64,000 bases of DNA from Eledone cirrhosa (GCA_964016885.1 OZ024746.1:74834001-74898000); one strand, 5' to 3'; shown: positions 40,876 to 56,337, counted from the stretch's first letter. Notes: generated from the sequence alone by a model not told the origin. Made by a program: numbers and translations.

Positions 40876-40939
40876 TGATTATTATGTTATTGATTAAGGT
40901 AATCTCCTCCTGAAGAAGGGATTTGTGTTTGCAACCACC

Positions 40940-40994
<55 letters not shown>

Positions 40995-41001
40995 AACCAC
41001 C

Positions 41002-41062
<61 letters not shown>

Positions 41063-41769
41063 TGTGTGTGTGATATGTAGGTGTAAAATGAAAGGAAGAG
41101 TACTAAAAAAATATAGTACAATTTATATATTTGTTCAAACCCCTTCATTCACCTTGTTGTCACTTACAGTTTTTCTATAGTGTATGATTTTTCATGCAGC
41201 GAAAATATTACCCTCTCTTTCTTCTTTCTTTCATGCTCCCCCTTTCTTTTTCTTTATATACATACACAAACATAAATGCATAACCACACACGCACACCCA
41301 TTCAAACATTCACAGATGTTCATACATACGCATATAGTTAGATAGATATATAGAAAGATAAATAGACAGACATAAATATTCATATACATAGACACACACA
41401 CACACACATACATTGAAAAAGAGAATGCGAAAATGAGACAAGGAGAGATAATAGATTAGTCTTATTCAATTATATCTAATCTGAAAATATATTATATTAA
41501 TGCAAATTATGGTAATAGAAACATTTTTTTTTTTTTTTCAATATATGTGTGCCATGTATTCTGATAGTCATAGAAATAAATAAAAAGAAACTAAAAAAAA
41601 ATATTTAAATAACCTTACTTGTATTCTGTTAATGCTGCTTACATTTTATCTAAAACAAGCAAGACTGTTGAATTTATTTACTTAGTCCTATAATAGTTAT
41701 TGTATTTTCAATTTTTATATATTTTTTTATAATTATAATAACATTTATTAATATTAATATTATCATTAT

Positions 41770-42605
41770 TTCGGTAGAGCGTCGGATACCATGCTTTGTG
41801 GCAGGGAATTATGGGCATCTATGTTGTAAGTTCAAATCCCGCCGAGGTTAACTTTGCCTTTCATCCTTATGGGGTTCTAAAAATAAAGCACCAGTAATGC
41901 ACTGGAGTCAATTTAATCCACTTTCCCCTTCCCCAAAATTGCTGGCCTTGTGCCTACAGTAGAAATTATTATTATTATTTTTTCAGTTTAGGGTGGTGGA
42001 TTGGCAGAATGATTAGAGCCTCAAACGAAATGTTTTGGAACATTTAGTTATGGCCCTTTATGTTCTGAGTTCAAATCCTACCATGTTCAGCTTTGCCTTT
42101 CATCCTTTCACTGTCAATAAAATAGAGTACCTGTCACATACTGGGGTCGGTGTAATCGGCTTTTCCTTCACCACAAATTAGTTGTTTCATGTGAATTTCT
42201 ACTGCATGACTTCATGTGTCTCTGTCATCCTAATGACTGCACAGCATTGTATGTTTGTATCTTTGTAGGGGTTCTAGAGGATTATAGTCCCCTCTTGTGA
42301 CTGTATTATTACTACTGTTCTTCGGCAGATTGGTAGAGCGTCGGACAACATGCATGGTGGCATTGAGTTACGGCCCTTTACATTCTGAGTTCAAATCCCG
42401 CCAAGGTTAACTTTGCCTTTCATCCTTACGGGGGTCGATAAAATAAAGTACCAGTAATGCACTGGGGTAATTACTGGCCTTGTGCCAAAAGTAGAAACAA
42501 TTATTACTATTCTTCTTTCGTCTTTTACTTTCGCCCAGCGTTCTAATCCTTCCAGGATTGATTTTCCCCTTCCCCTTGCACCTAAAGTAGAAATCATTAT
42601 TATGA
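41770..42605 (+). mobile_element. Cluster of family M SINEs (about 41770-41977, 41990-42180, 42325-42505)
   Basis: Repeated B box and Meta-like core. Confidence 0.85.
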
Positions 42606-45600
42606 TTTGTTGACAACTCTTATTGTTTTCTACAATTATGTATATCTATTACAAATTCTATTATTGTTATTCCTATTGTTTTCCTTTTTGGTGATGTCCC
42701 CTTTCTCTGTTGTTTTTGTCCTTGTTATTGTCTCGAATGTCTTGAGCCCCACTCTGTGTTGTTTTTCATCCATGTCTTGTGCTAACCATCATACACCCTT
42801 CTGGCTAATAAAAGAAATCACTCTTTCTATATTTTTCAAATTTAAGATTGCATTGATATCTGATTGAAATATATATTTGATACCTCAGTTCTATTCACTT
42901 ATCATTCTTTTAATATAAGAAGGCATTGAGTGACAGAAATACTAATGGCATAGACAGAATGTATTTCATTATTTGCTTATATTGCATCATATTCGGAATT
43001 TGACTTTGCCAAGAGTTGTTGCTTTTGTTTAACCTCAGATGAATCTGATTGAGCAACCTATAATCCCAGACACTTCAGTTGTGACCATCCTGACTTCTTT
43101 AAACAGCTGGTATTGGGGTCAGATAAAATAAAGCACCAGTAATGCACTGGAGTCAATTTAATTAACTTTCCCCTCCTCTCCAAATTCTTGGCTTTGTGCC
43201 TAAATCAGAAACCATTATTTTGTGTAATTTTCGTTCTTTTTATGAAGATGATAAAGAGATATGGCAGGTCAAGCAAATATGGAGGGGAAAAAAACCTTGT
43301 TGGCTCAATAAAATACGTCCATATTTAATTCTTACATGCCACCAAACATATCCCTCAACCTCTCATATCAAGATGCCTATGTATGAGGGATTAATTTAAG
43401 TGTTCCTATATCTATTACACACTCCCATCATACACTGTTACCAGCCATCACTCCCTCTTTCCCAGACCACTCATTATTGACATTCATCATTCTCCATTAC
43501 TTGATCTTTCTCTCACCAACAAACATGTAGTTTCCACCACTGTCTCTCTTTCATTACTCCTTCCACCACTATCTCTTCCATTACTAACTCTCGTACTTCC
43601 TCACGTTTATTACTTTCTCTCCCACTATCCTCTCATTGCCCACCAATCTGTTCCACTCATCATACATTTCTTCCCCAACTTCCGAGAGAGTGCCAACAGA
43701 ATTCTAATTCGTTACCTGTCATCGCTTTTTCTTTTATTCACCCTCTTGTCTTAAATGAATGGTGAAACTGTAGGCAAACGGTGCAAGGCCACACAGCTAG
43801 TACTGGTGTCGTGATAAAATGGTAAGAGTGTAGAAAACAGAGAGTTGAGTGGACCCTTTGAATTTCTTGAGGACATGACCTCTCTAGTATTATTGCCTTG
43901 GTAAAATGCACCCAATATACACTGTAAAGAGGTTCATTTTATTAAGTGCATCAAGCTGCAAAACCTCAAAAATGGAATGTATGAATGAGATGTGGTCATA
44001 ACATATATTTTCATTTGATTTACTAAAAACAAAAACATTTATTTTATTTCAAAATATAAAAGTCAATGTACTACACAGCATTTTGGATATTTTGGAAGTA
44101 TACCTTTCTAAATTAACATAATTTTAGCTTTCTTGTGGAAAATGGAATAAGCTGTTATACCACAGTTTTATATCAGTAGACAGAAAATATGGGATCAGTC
44201 AGTTTTGTTTCAGTCAGTTTAGACTTTCATCAGAGAAAGAATGCTCGTCTTTTCTCCAGGTTGAGATTAGTGGCTTGTTGCTAACTATGGTTATATAAAC
44301 TAAATCTCAGTTAGTCTAGTTCACATAATTCACATAACAGAGAATGCTTTGACTTGGCGTTAACTGATTTATTCATAGTTAAATTGCATATCATTGTTTG
44401 ATAATTTGACATGTAAGTATATGTTTTTAAATAAGCTTACAATTTTAGTTTTGGAATGAAAAATACATAAAGTTGTGGTTGGCAGAAAAAGTAGGATTCA
44501 TCTCACTCGGTTTTAATTATTCAAATACTCCATGTAAGAGAATTAATTACTCTATTTTGTCAGTATATGCATCATCATCACCATTTTACATCTGCTTTCC
44601 ACACTGGCACAGCTTGGATGAGTTGTTAAGGTCCAAGACCAGATGTTCAATATTTGGCATGGTTTATACGGCTGGATGTTCTTCCTAATACAAACTACCT
44701 TACAAGATATACTTAGTGACCAGTTTAGTGCTGGTTGTTCTACACTTTAAACAGCTATTCTTTCTCTGATGAAGTTAAAAAATAGTGATTGAATTCATAT
44801 TTTCTGATCACAAATTCATAAAATGCAGAGTATAACCACTTTGTTTATTTTTCAATATTGATTTTAAACTAAAACTATCTATATATTGAATAATGTGCTC
44901 AATCGTTACATTACAAATTATAGAAATATTTCTTGTTTTTAATTTTTGAAAATCATATATATATATTTGTGGATCCGTGCCATCAATTATGATGACAATA
45001 GAGTTGAATATAATTATCAGAATCCAGGATTTCTATGCCATATATACCAGGATTACCAGTCATATGAATAATAATACAAAATGGGAAATTTGTGATTTGA
45101 TAAATTAATGGTTTACATTACAGAAACCCTATACTTTATGGTAATTATTGAGATGTGGAAATAATCAAAGATATGAATGGTACTTTAATAATTTGTTTCC
45201 TGGATATAATTACATAAATGTTCAACATATATGTACAAATGAGAAACAGGATTAAATGTATGTCTAATTTGGAGAAGTGATTATTTACATGGACATATAT
45301 GTAAGGCTAGAACCCAAGATCTTGTAATTGGAAAGGGAACATCACTGAGATAGGAAATACATTCGTGTGCATGTTTCTGTGTGTAAATATTTAAAGAGTT
45401 TCAGCTATATATAATACAAATATACATGGAGCATTATTAAGGTGGATGTGTATGTATATATGTGTGTATATATAAATATATTGGCTAACTGAACACATAT
45501 GCTTTTTCTCCAGATATCTTTTTTATGTTTCTTCCTCTTTCTTTCTATTCTTCTATTTCCCATTCAACCTTCTGATAAAGCACTAGTATATTACTTGAAA

Positions 45601-48600
45601 GCAGCAAGAGAATCTTTAAAAGATGAGCTGTTGAATTCACTGATTTAGACCCTGTAATCTTGTGTGTGTATGCTTGTGTGTGTATATATATATATATATA
45701 TAACACTCTAGGGTTCAGCACTTCAATTAAGGTTTTAAATCAAAATCAAGAGATTTATAACGTTTGAGGGGGAAAATAAATTAAAAAACACATACCATAT
45801 CTATTTTCTTTATTTTTACTCATTTCGTTAGGGAATATCAAGTTTTAAAAATTTTGATTTAAATTCATTGTTCGTAGCATTTCTTTAAAATCTTTATATA
45901 TCTTTGAAAAATGTTTAAAAATGGACAAAAAATACACTTTAATGCTATCAATATTTTTATTTTCTTCCCAATATTATAGTTTCCATTTTTATCTTTCTTT
46001 TGGTCCTTTTGTAATTCTATCTCTAAGAAACTTTTCCTGATTAAGTATATATAATATTGAATGACCTTAATAAAATTGCTATTAATGATTTTTAAAAAAT
46101 TTATAAAACATTACAAAAGTTTAAAAAATATAAATAAAAAAAACACAGGACATGATATAAAATTAAATTAATAAATCACTTTAAAAGATAGAAAATACAG
46201 AAAAATAAATACAATTCTTGGTGTTGGCAGTAGTGGTGGGGAAGATTGGACATAAATTTAATTTATCAGCCTTATATTTCTCCCTTAGAAAATATTAAGC
46301 CATTGTCAGTTCTTAAAATATTCCCTATTATGTATATGTTAAAGAAATCTATTCCTCTATTATTAAAACTCAGTAGCTTTTTTCATTATATAGATACATA
46401 GATACTCACACACACACACACACACACACATATATGTTTATATATGTGTGTGTGGGCGTGAATGTGTGCATAGATGTATATAAGTACATACATATTTATA
46501 TATATATCTTAAACCTTGTCTTTCTGTTGATTTTTATCGTTATCAAAACATTCATTTTCTTTCTGTTTTTTCTTTACATCATTTCAAAACCTTGTTAAGG
46601 AACTTAGGTGATTATACATATATACATACTTACATACTTACATACATACATACACACACACACAAACACGTGAACACACACACACACATATATGTATATA
46701 TATTCTTTTTAATTATTTTTTCTTGTAATTTTGTTTACTAAGAGTATTAATTTTGTATTTCAATAGGAAAAGGTTGCTATTGTTTTCTTGGCGAATATGA
46801 AAAGCACCATATCAATATATTGTTTGAAAAGTATACAATATTTTAATCATGGATATGATAATATAGTTTTCATTTTCTAAAATCCATTAAATGTAAATTA
46901 AAACCATCGAATGCTTATCACCGTAACAGAGTATAGACTCTTTATCTTTTTCTACACTTGAAAAAAGAAATAAGCGTAAACTATAAGGAAAAAAAAAATA
47001 TATGAAAAACTGAAAAATAGAAACAATCTTTATCTCTTGTAGTTTAATGTTGTTTTCCTAAATCTAAAAAATATATTTTGATATTTGTTTATATATTTTC
47101 TTTTACACTGAAGTTTTACAAATAAATAAATAAATAAATGAAATAAACTAGAGTTCTCAGAAAAATCTAAGGTATGAATAACATTTAAAAAACTAAACAA
47201 AACATAACAGGAAAGAAAAAAATAAATAACTGTTGAATTTAGTTTGAAAAGATGAGAGAGAAGTGAAGAGAAGAAAAGAAGGGAAAAAGAGATGCAGAAG
47301 AGAAATATATAACATTAACAACAAAAACATCAACATTGTTTGAAAAATAATAAAACAGTAGGGTGGAACAAAATGTTAAAAATATATATATAAATAAAAA
47401 TATAAATTTGAACTTCTTAAGTAGAGATAGAGTTTATGGCTATCTCAGTACTGAGTCATTGCAACTTCATAAGTTGCTCAACTGATAAGGAATTTTTTCT
47501 AAGACCCTCTTTTATTTTGATATTTTTTTATCATGTATTCTTGTTGAGTCATTTGCTTAACCATGATGTGTTAATGTTTATTTACACTATACATGCTGCT
47601 AGAAGAAAGAGGGAAAACAATAAATAAAAATATATTTGGAAAAAAATAAATGAAAATAAATAAAAATTAAGCTTGTCATATTATTTTCCATGCCAACCTT
47701 ACAAAGTAGCTCCTTGCAATTTCTGTCTATTGCTTTTTATTGCCATTATCATCCCGCTATTTGATTTTAGGGTTCAAAACTCTTCTTAGTTTGATACACT
47801 CTTTGATAACTTTGAATATTGTTGTTGCTTCTCTTCATATTTTGCATATGCCATTTGACAAAAAGCTGAAGAACAACAGCAAATATTTTCCCCGCATAAA
47901 AGCAGCATTGAATATTAATAGATTTTAATATTCATTAAATTTATTAAAACGATAAAGATAAGTAAATAAACAGATTTTTTTTCAGCAAAAATCCTAATTT
48001 GCATCTTTGATCGTATTCTTTGTTTGTTTTTCTGTAATAATGTTGTTTTTAATCTTATTTTTATTTCAAGAGATGAATAAAAATAAACAAACAACTAAAA
48101 CAACATTGAACTAATTTTTTTTCCTTTAAAACAAAAGTAAATATACATTCTGTATACTAACGAGGAAAAATAATGATAATGTTTGTGTATAAATATATAT
48201 ATAAACATTTTTTTTCAATATTAAGATTATTTGGGACATATATAGAATGATTCTGATTCAGTTACAACTAGCTTTACTGTTATTTTAGGTTATTGATTTC
48301 TGTGTCTGTCTAGGAATTATATAATGATTTAAATAAACTGCAAGATATTAATAAATCTATAGTAAATACTTGAGAGAAAGTGGCAAGTTCTTGATGAGCC
48401 AAATTCTTGGGTAAGTTATTGTAGTTTAACCACAGGTCAGCCTTGCTCTAGGTGAACTGGTCAACACTGATCCCGGGGACCTATGAGTAAAGACTTTCTA
48501 ATTGTGACAATCTTCTTTTTATTCTCTCAGACATGATAGTTTCAGATGATATCTTATAATATGTCTCACCTTTTTCTTTTCACTGTAGAGCCATAATTGT

Positions 48601-49392
48601 GTAGAACAAAACCTTGCAGTATTTGTTTCAGATCTTTGCATTCTGGGTTCAGATCTTATCAAGGTCAAGTTTGCCTTTCAACATTTTGATTAGAGCATCA
48701 GGTGCAACTATTATGGTATTTATTTGTTTGTTTCTCTTGAGTTTAAACCACACTAGCCTACAGGGATAGGAGTGGACTTAACCACTTGCATGGATTAGCA
48801 CTGATACCTGGCCCTTATATGATTTTAGCAGAAGCCACCCTGATACAAACATTTAGATACTGTCTTTTCCTCCCTGTTTAAAAAGTAAAAGAAGAGAGAA
48901 ATATCATTTAAGAAAAGTTTGGCTACAATTTCCAGCAGGTTGAATGACTTAATTGAGGCCCCTCGTTGGTTCATTCTAATTCAGTTGTTGAAGCTATCTT
49001 ATTCAAGTTTAATACTATACTCTTGATTGATACTTTATTTAACTCTAACAGCGGAAAGGCAAAGGTACAGTGCTGAAATAGTTTTTCATTTAGTATAGTA
49101 TCACTCTGCCCGTTTCTATTAGTTTATTATATTCTTTAACAGCAATAATATCATCACAATCAGTGTCATCATTAATAACTATCACAACAATAATAGTTAA
49201 TTCTCATTTAAATATATGGCCCAATATTTGAGGAGAGATGTTAGTCTATTATACCAATACCAGTTCTTGACTACTACTTTATTTTATTGATCCCAAAAGT
49301 ATGAAAGGCAAAGTGGACCTCCGTTGGATTTGAACTCAGAACAGAGAGAGCTGTAAGTCTACAGTCCTCACAACAACAGTAATAATGATTAT

Positions 49393-49573
49393 AATTGTTT
49401 CTACTTTTGGCACAAGGCCAGCAATTACCCAGTACATTACTGGTACTTTATTTTATCGACCCCGTAAGGATGAAAGGCAAAGTTAACCTCGTCGGGATTT
49501 GAACTCAGAACATAAAGGGATGTAACTATGCTAGAAAGCATGGTGTCTGACCCTCCACTGATACTGCCAATTC
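49393..49573 (-). mobile_element. SINE family M
   Basis: Reverse complement consensus; AATGATTATAAT on both sides. Confidence 0.88.
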
Positions 49574-50291
49574 AATGATTATAATGATAATAAGGTGCAT
49601 GCATGACTGTGTGGTTAAGTAGTTTACTTCACACTCATAAGCATAAACAGAAGTCCCACTGCTGAGTTTATTTATTAAAAACAACATAAAAATAAACAGA
49701 AAAAATAATTTAAGGCTGAGGGTTTTTATATAAAATTATAGTGGAAGTTTTTTAGATAAAGACAAACACTTTGGATTAAACAGTTTTGTATGGTGATTTG
49801 ATATGAAAAGGTTAAAAGATAAAACACACACACTATAAATAGATACATAAATAAATAGATAGATAGCGCATTGCAAAATATATTAGGAAGTTATTGGGAG
49901 TTGATCCTGATATTTATTATTGAAATTTAAGAAAATAAAACAGTTAATTTGTTCACACTTAAAAGAAATCACAATTTGTCATATTTATAATGAATCAGCT
50001 AATAACCTTTTCATTACCATATTTCTAATGAAAAACACTGTTTAAAAATTTCCAGATCATTTTGAAAATATTCAAGAATTTGGAGGGATTTAGTCAAATA
50101 AGTAAATTATTCTCATTATTATGCTAGCAATTGGAGTATATCTTATCAAAGGTTCTTACATAAAATTGTTCTGAATGTTTTTTACCATTTAAACTGGCTA
50201 TATCCGGCCAGGATTCTCTCACCTCTTTCTGTTCAAATAGGCTCTAACCGGCCGCTCATACTGATGTTAAGGTATTGTTCTCAAAATAAAT

Positions 50292-50480
50292 AATTGTTTC
50301 TACTTTTGACACAAGGCCAGCAATTATCCCAGTGCATTACTGGTACTTTATTTCATCGACCCTGTAAGGATGAAAGGCAAAGTTAACCTCGGTGGGATTT
50401 GAACTCAGAACATAAAGGGGCATAACTCTATGCTGCAAAGCATGGCATTCGACCCTCTACTGATGCTGCCAATCCACCCT
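50292..50480 (-). mobile_element. SINE family M inserted into a piggyBac-like MITE remnant
   Basis: Left flank 50185-50290 is reverse-complement homologous to 59207-59310. Confidence 0.85.
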
Positions 50481-50900
50481 CATAGATTCGATATTATGTG
50501 AGATAATTATATGAGATAAAGCCTTTACCATGAAAATACAATAGTAAATATAGAAGAATGTAAATAAGCAGCCTAGCACCATAGAACCAGGGCCAGTTTT
50601 AAGCAGTTTGGCATCAAAGGGTTTAAGTAACAGTGAATTTATTTCTACAAATTAAAGAAAAGATGAAAATAAATGTCAAAGAAGTGTACTGTATGATTCC
50701 TTGGCAGTCAGAATGTTTTCTCCTGTCACCCAATTAATAGATTTTTGCTTGCTTTATTTTATTTGAATTTATTTTTTTACATTTGTTAGATATGATTTTT
50801 AAATACATCAGTGAATTGAATAGGATAACATTTATCAATTAGTTTACATTGTCTATGTTATCGATTTATGTGTATGAGTGTGTTTGTGCATGTATATGCA

Positions 50901-50954
<54 letters not shown>

Positions 50955-51950
50955 ACTAATTAGTATCATAGACAAAGACAATAATAATGGTAATTTATGA
51001 ACAAATAGGTAAAAAAAGATACAAGTCTTACATTTATGTGTTTATATAATTATTTATTCATTAATTCTTTTATATTCCTGTCTTTGTTTTGTAGAGTGGT
51101 GGTGGTGGGGGGCTCTGAGTTATTTCACTCATAAAGAAAAGAAATCATTTCAATGCACCATTTAGTTACATTTTGAGTTCAAATCCCACTGCCTTCCACC
51201 CTTCGAATCTTAATAAAATAAGTACCAAATGATATACTGGTGTATATTTAATCATATTCCAATATATGCAGGCTTGCTACCTGTATCAGAAATCACTGTA
51301 ATATACCACCATGTTTTTTGGTACTGTTTTATTATGGAGAAAAGGGCAGAGCCCATGACTCTTCTCAGAGGGAAGGTTAAGGAAGAAGGTGACCTCAAAC
51401 TTGAGAACTGATTCTTACAACAAACTAGACTTCACTAAAGGTACCCAAATACTAGTTGGCAGTGTCAAACCTTTTAATATAAAACTGCCTGAATTTGTCT
51501 CCTGGGCTGCTTGTTTAAAGTGTTTACATTTATCTCAAACGTTTCTATCATATTTTATACCCAATATTTGTTATGTTACATTTCAAGCACCAGCTTGATA
51601 ATGATTTCTAATTTAGGCACAAGGCCAGTAATTTTAGTGGGTAGAGAATGTCAACTAAATTGATACACTTGCCAAATTTGTAGTTTATTTCATTGGCGTC
51701 AGAAAGATGAAAAGCAAAGTTGACCTTAGTGGAATTTGAACTCAGAACATAAAGGCTGGAATAACATATTGCTGAGTAATTTGCCCCACTCCTTAGTGAC
51801 TGCCAATTCACCTTCAAGACTTAATAAGGCTTAATAAGAAAGTTTACAAAATTCCTTCAAAACCTTATTTCCAAAATTATTTGAAAATCATAGGAAGTGT
51901 CTTTCATAAGAAACATGTTAACAAAAGGGTTAAACAGTACAATGGATTAA

Positions 51951-52184
51951 CCCTTTTGATAATAACTTGGCCGAAACTCTCTCTGGTTCTATGAAACAAA
52001 ATCTCTTATTTAAAATAGTTCCTATTTAAATCAAAATCTTCCAACATAATTTTGTATAAGAAGCATATGTTAAATTACTATCTTAGTAATGAAATGATTA
52101 ATAATTTTAGTAAATCTCTTAAAATTCTTCATTAATTAAATGTCTAACAGAGTGCATTTCATTAGAAACATGGTTAGAAAAGGG
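51951..52184. mobile_element. piggyBac-like MITE
   Basis: TTAA-CCCTTTT...AAAAGGG-TTAA; related ends at about 13870-13905, 50003-50040 and 51905-51933. Confidence 0.7.
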
Positions 52185-52654
52185 TTAAGTCTAGCACCTA
52201 AGTAAACTCAGAATGTAAATAGCCAAAACAAGTATTAAAAACATCTCATCTGCCACTCTAAAAATACCAGTAATTTTCAACCCTAAACTATTACTTTATT
52301 TTATCACTAATAAAAGAATTAAAGGCAAGAATTAAAGGCAAGGTTGACCTCAGTGAGATAATTCTAACGATTCTTTAAAATCAGAATTATACTTAGTTAT
52401 AATTAACTAAGATAATTGCCAAAACTAATGAGATCAATGGTAGGATATATACAAAGATGATCTTGTTAGAATATATATTTTCTACATTTTCTACACATTT
52501 TGTATTGTGTGTAATAAAATACTTTGTATAATTCTATTGTTCCATAAACAATTTCAGACAATAGTTGTTCTTTCATTTGACTTCTTTCTATATAATTTAA
52601 TGTTTGGCTAGAATCTATTATCCTCATTATATGTAAAACATCCCTAACACACAT

Positions 52655-52691
<37 letters not shown>

Positions 52692-52761
52692 AACATAAAC
52701 TGATACATGCTTATGTATATATAAGCATACAGATAAAAGAAATATGTATATACATATATTT

Positions 52762-52822
<61 letters not shown>

Positions 52823-53243
52823 TACACACTTACACAAATGTATGAAAATGTGTATGGTGTTTTATGACTTTTATTTGCATTATTGAAAAAGATTAATGGA
52901 GACAATATAACAACACTATAGCATAATTAGTGGGTTTTGTTAAATGTTTCCTCTACAGGAATCTTTCTGACAATAATACAGAATTTCATTGTCTGCTATT
53001 GAAAGCAAAATAATGAATACATATCTGTGTTGGTGTTTGTGTGTGTATGAATGTGAGAACACACAGGTTCTTATGTGTGTATGTGTATGTGTATGTGTGT
53101 GTGTGTGTGTGTGTATATATATTTATATACATATGTATGTATATATATATATTTATATATTTGTATATATATATATATATATATACATATATATATACAT
53201 ATATATACATATAATATATCTACATATATATATATATATACAT

Positions 53244-53275
<32 letters not shown>

Positions 53276-53312
53276 CACATATATATACATACTATATATA
53301 TATATACATACA

Positions 53313-55910
53313 GGTAAACACTGCGACGGCTTCAATAGAGTACATGGAGGCCATGGAGTTGGCACAAGGAATGAGGAAGGATTCAGACTTCTAGAATTCT
53401 GCGACGCCAATGACATGTCGATATGTAACACAAACTTTAAAAAACCCGACAACCACCTGATCACCTATAGATCAGGGGAGCACTCTAGTCAGTTAGATTT
53501 TATCCTCATCAGAGGACGTGACAGATGGACGGTCGTAAACACAAAAGCCTTCCCTAGTGAGGAATGTACATCCCAACATAGCTTAGTTGTCAGCGACCTC
53601 ACGGTCAGAACTAGACGAGCCCTGAAACAGAGGCCAACCTGGAGAAGAAAGATCTGGAAGCTGAAAGTCCCCTCAACCAGTAACAGATTTAAAGATATTT
53701 TACTCAACGCCTACGACAGTAAAGAAGAACAGATAGAGACATTTAACGTAGAAGAGAACTGGGAGTTCCTAAAAAATAACTTACTAGAGGCGACGGATGA
53801 GGTTTGTGGCTGGAGTAAGACCTCAAGCAGGAGGAGAGTGACTTGGTGGTGGAACAATAAGGTAGATGAAGCAGTCAAGGCCAAGAGACAGGCATGGAAA
53901 GAATGGAAGAACGGGGGGAGCAGGGTACATTACATAGAGACCAAGAGGGAAGCTAGGCGACAAGTATACTTAGCTAGGAGGGAAGCAGAGGATAGAAAAT
54001 TCAAGCATGTTTTACAACGTGAGGACCAGAAACAGGAGGTATTCAAGATTGCGAGGCAGTGTGTCAGAGATAGTTGTGATGTCATTGGAGAGAAGTGTAT
54101 CCGGAATGATAAAGGTGAGCTTGCCCTCACAAGTGCTGAGAAGAAAGATGCATGGAAGAGTCATTATGATAGATTACTAAATGAGGAGAATGCATGGGAA
54201 GAAGAGACCCTACCCCACGTAGACCCTATAGAGGGACCAGCAGTACAAGTCAGCGGCAGCGTAGTAAGTAAGGCAATCAGAGATATGAAGATAGGGAAGG
54301 CAACCGGTCCATCGGGTATAGCTGCCGAGATGCTGAAGGCATCTGGGTCTGTAGGTCACACTATAACCACACGTATCGTTAACCAGGTAATACTAGAGGG
54401 GGCCATACCAAAAGATTGGTGCAGTAGCATCATTGTCAACTGCTACAAAGGTAAAGGCGATGCACTAGATAGAGGAAACTATAGAGGTATAAAGTTGATG
54501 GACCAGGTCATGAAAGTAACAGAAAGAGTTATAGCACAGCTGATTAGGGACCGGGTGAATATAGACGAGATGCAATTTGGGTTTGTTCCAGGGAAAGGCA
54601 CCACTGATGCGCTCTTCCTTGTGAGGCAATTACAGGAAAAGTACCTAGCTAAAAGTAAGCCACTCTACTTGGCATTTGTCGACCTTGAGAAAGCCTTTGA
54701 CAGAGTTCCACGTGCAGTAATCTGGTGGGCTCTTAGAAAACTAGGAGTAGATGAATGGCTTGTGAAAGCGGTACAAGCCATGTATAGGGGAGCAGTCAGC
54801 AAAGTTAGGATTGGCAATGAGTATAGCGAGGAATTTAGCGTACAGGTTGGGGTCCACCAGGGCTCTGTTCTTAGCCCTCTCCTGTTCATCATAGTCCTGC
54901 AGGCAATAACGGAGGAGTTTAAGACCGGATGCCCATGGGAACTCCTGTATGCTGATGACCTCGCACTCATAGCTGAATCTATGGTAGAACTAGAGAATAA
55001 ATTCCAAACCTGGAAGCAGGGACTAGAGAGAAAGGGCCTCAAAGTCAACATGACAAAGACTAAGGTCCTTATAAGTAGACGAGAAAACAGAACCCAGATC
55101 CCCTCAGGGAAATGGCCTTGCTCAGTATGTAGGAAAGGTGTAGGTAGGAACTCCATTCTTTGCCCCAAATGCAAACAATGGGTACACAAGAGATGTAGCG
55201 GGATCTCAGGAAGCTTAATTAAGAATGTAGGATTCACATGCAGCAGCTGTGCTGAAACAGCAAGCAAACAGCCACAGGAAACAAGTACCACCAATCTCTG
55301 GGAGGGCCCTGTAGAAACAGTAGACAGCTTCTGCTACCTAGGTGACCGAATTAGCAACGGAGGTGGGTGCTCAGAAAGTACAATAACTAGGGTAAGAACG
55401 GGATGGAAGAAGTTTAGGGAACTACTACCACTGCTAGCTGCAAAAGGCTTCTCCCTCAGAATGAAAGGCAGACTGTATGATGCGTGTATCCGAACAGCGA
55501 TGTTGCATGGTAGTGAGACCTGGGCGCTGAAGGTGGAAGACTTACGTAGATTAGAGAGAAACGAAGCCTGCATGCTCCGATGGATGTGTAACAGTAATAT
55601 ACGTGAACGACAAAGCATAAATGAATTGAGAGAGAGACTGAGCATAAGAGGAATCAAATGCTGCGTGCAGGAGAGGCGGTTACGCTGGTATGGACATGTG
55701 ATGCGTATGAAGGATGACAGCTGCATAAAAAGGTGCAGAGCACTAGAAGTTGATGGAAACCGCGGAGTGGGGAGACCCAAGATGACTTGGGATGAGGTGA
55801 TAAAAGCCGACCTTACCCAACTACACCTCTCAAAGTCAATGACACACGACCGTGACTTCTGGCGTCACGCAGTAATACAGGGTACCCGACCTCCCATGGG
55901 TACATGCTGA
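53313..55910 (+). CDS. RTE ORF, N-terminally truncated: C-terminal part of APE endonuclease, reverse transcriptase, PHD-like zinc finger
   Basis: APE motifs (SQLDFIL, SQHSLVV); RT motifs ([40 protein letters not shown]); CSVC...[12 protein letters not shown]...CSSC; RRLRWYGHV. The first about 108 aa of the 973-aa track ORF are upstream flank and microsatellite. Confidence 0.95.
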   Translation, partial: GKHCDGFNRVHGGHGVGTRNEEGFRLLEFCDANDMSICNTNFKKPDNHLITYRSGEHSSQLDFILIRGRDRWTVVNTKAFPSEECTSQHSLVVSDLTVRTRRALKQRPTWRRKIWKLKVPSTSNRFKDILLNAYDSKEEQIETFNVEENWEFLKNNLLEATDEVCGWSKTSSRRRVTWWWNNKVDEAVKAKRQAWKEWKNGGSRVHYIETKREARRQVYLARREAEDRKFKHVLQREDQKQEVFKIARQCVRDSCDVIGEKCIRNDKGELALTSAEKKDAWKSHYDRLLNEENAWEEETLPHVDPIEGPAVQVSGSVVSKAIRDMKIGKATGPSGIAAEMLKASGSVGHTITTRIVNQVILEGAIPKDWCSSIIVNCYKGKGDALDRGNYRGIKLMDQVMKVTERVIAQLIRDRVNIDEMQFGFVPGKGTTDALFLVRQLQEKYLAKSKPLYLAFVDLEKAFDRVPRAVIWWALRKLGVDEWLVKAVQAMYRGAVSKVRIGNEYSEEFSVQVGVHQGSVLSPLLFIIVLQAITEEFKTGCPWELLYADDLALIAESMVELENKFQTWKQGLERKGLKVNMTKTKVLISRRENRTQIPSGKWPCSVCRKGVGRNSILCPKCKQWVHKRCSGISGSLIKNVGFTCSSCAETASKQPQETSTTNLWEGPVETVDSFCYLGDRISNGGGCSESTITRVRTGWKKFRELLPLLAAKGFSLRMKGRLYDACIRTAMLHGSETWALKVEDLRRLERNEACMLRWMCNSNIRERQSINELRERLSIRGIKCCVQERRLRWYGHVMRMKDDSCIKRCRALEVDGNRGVGRPKMTWDEVIKADLTQLHLSKSMTHDRDFWRHAVIQGTRPPMGTC

Positions 55911-56222
55911 AGCATATAAACAATATGCCCCCCCCCCCCCCCCCCCCCCACCGCAAGGTGGTCGTGGAGGTGCCACGGCAAAAAAGCACCCAGCCCACAC
56001 TGTAAAGTGGACGTGTAGGCGCCACGAAAAAGCACCCAGCACTCACTGTAAATGAGGTTGGTGTTAGGAAGGGCATCCAGCTGTAGAAATCAAGCCAGAT
56101 CAGTTCCTGTATGAGCAAGGCATGGTCAGCCGACCAGACACTGCCCACAACAGGACAACCCGTCTAACCCATGCTAGCGTGGAAGAACGGACGTAAAACG
56201 GTGATGATGATGATGATGATGA
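53313..56222 (+). mobile_element. Young 5'-truncated RTE-clade LINE with 3'UTR type B and (GAT)n tail
   Basis: Uninterrupted ORF; probable about 38-40-bp TSD (53273-53312 versus 56222-56259, differing by one TA unit). Confidence 0.97.
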
Positions 56223-56258
56223 TACACATATATATACATACTATATATATATACATAC

Positions 56259-56291
<33 letters not shown>

Positions 56292-56337
56292 CATATATAT
56301 ATACATATATATATATACATATATATATATATACACA

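Noticed and set aside
44205-44235. Minus-strand CTGATGA-AAGTC...GACT-GAAAC hammerhead-like motif
   Set aside because: Stem III and stem I are not formable; may be a decayed PLE remnant but is unsupported
52989-53312. N-terminal about 108 aa of the 973-aa ORF
   Set aside because: Upstream flank and microsatellite in frame by chance; LINE homology starts at about 53313
53489-55780. Minus-strand ORFs of 66-209 aa
   Set aside because: Antisense shadows of the RTE ORF
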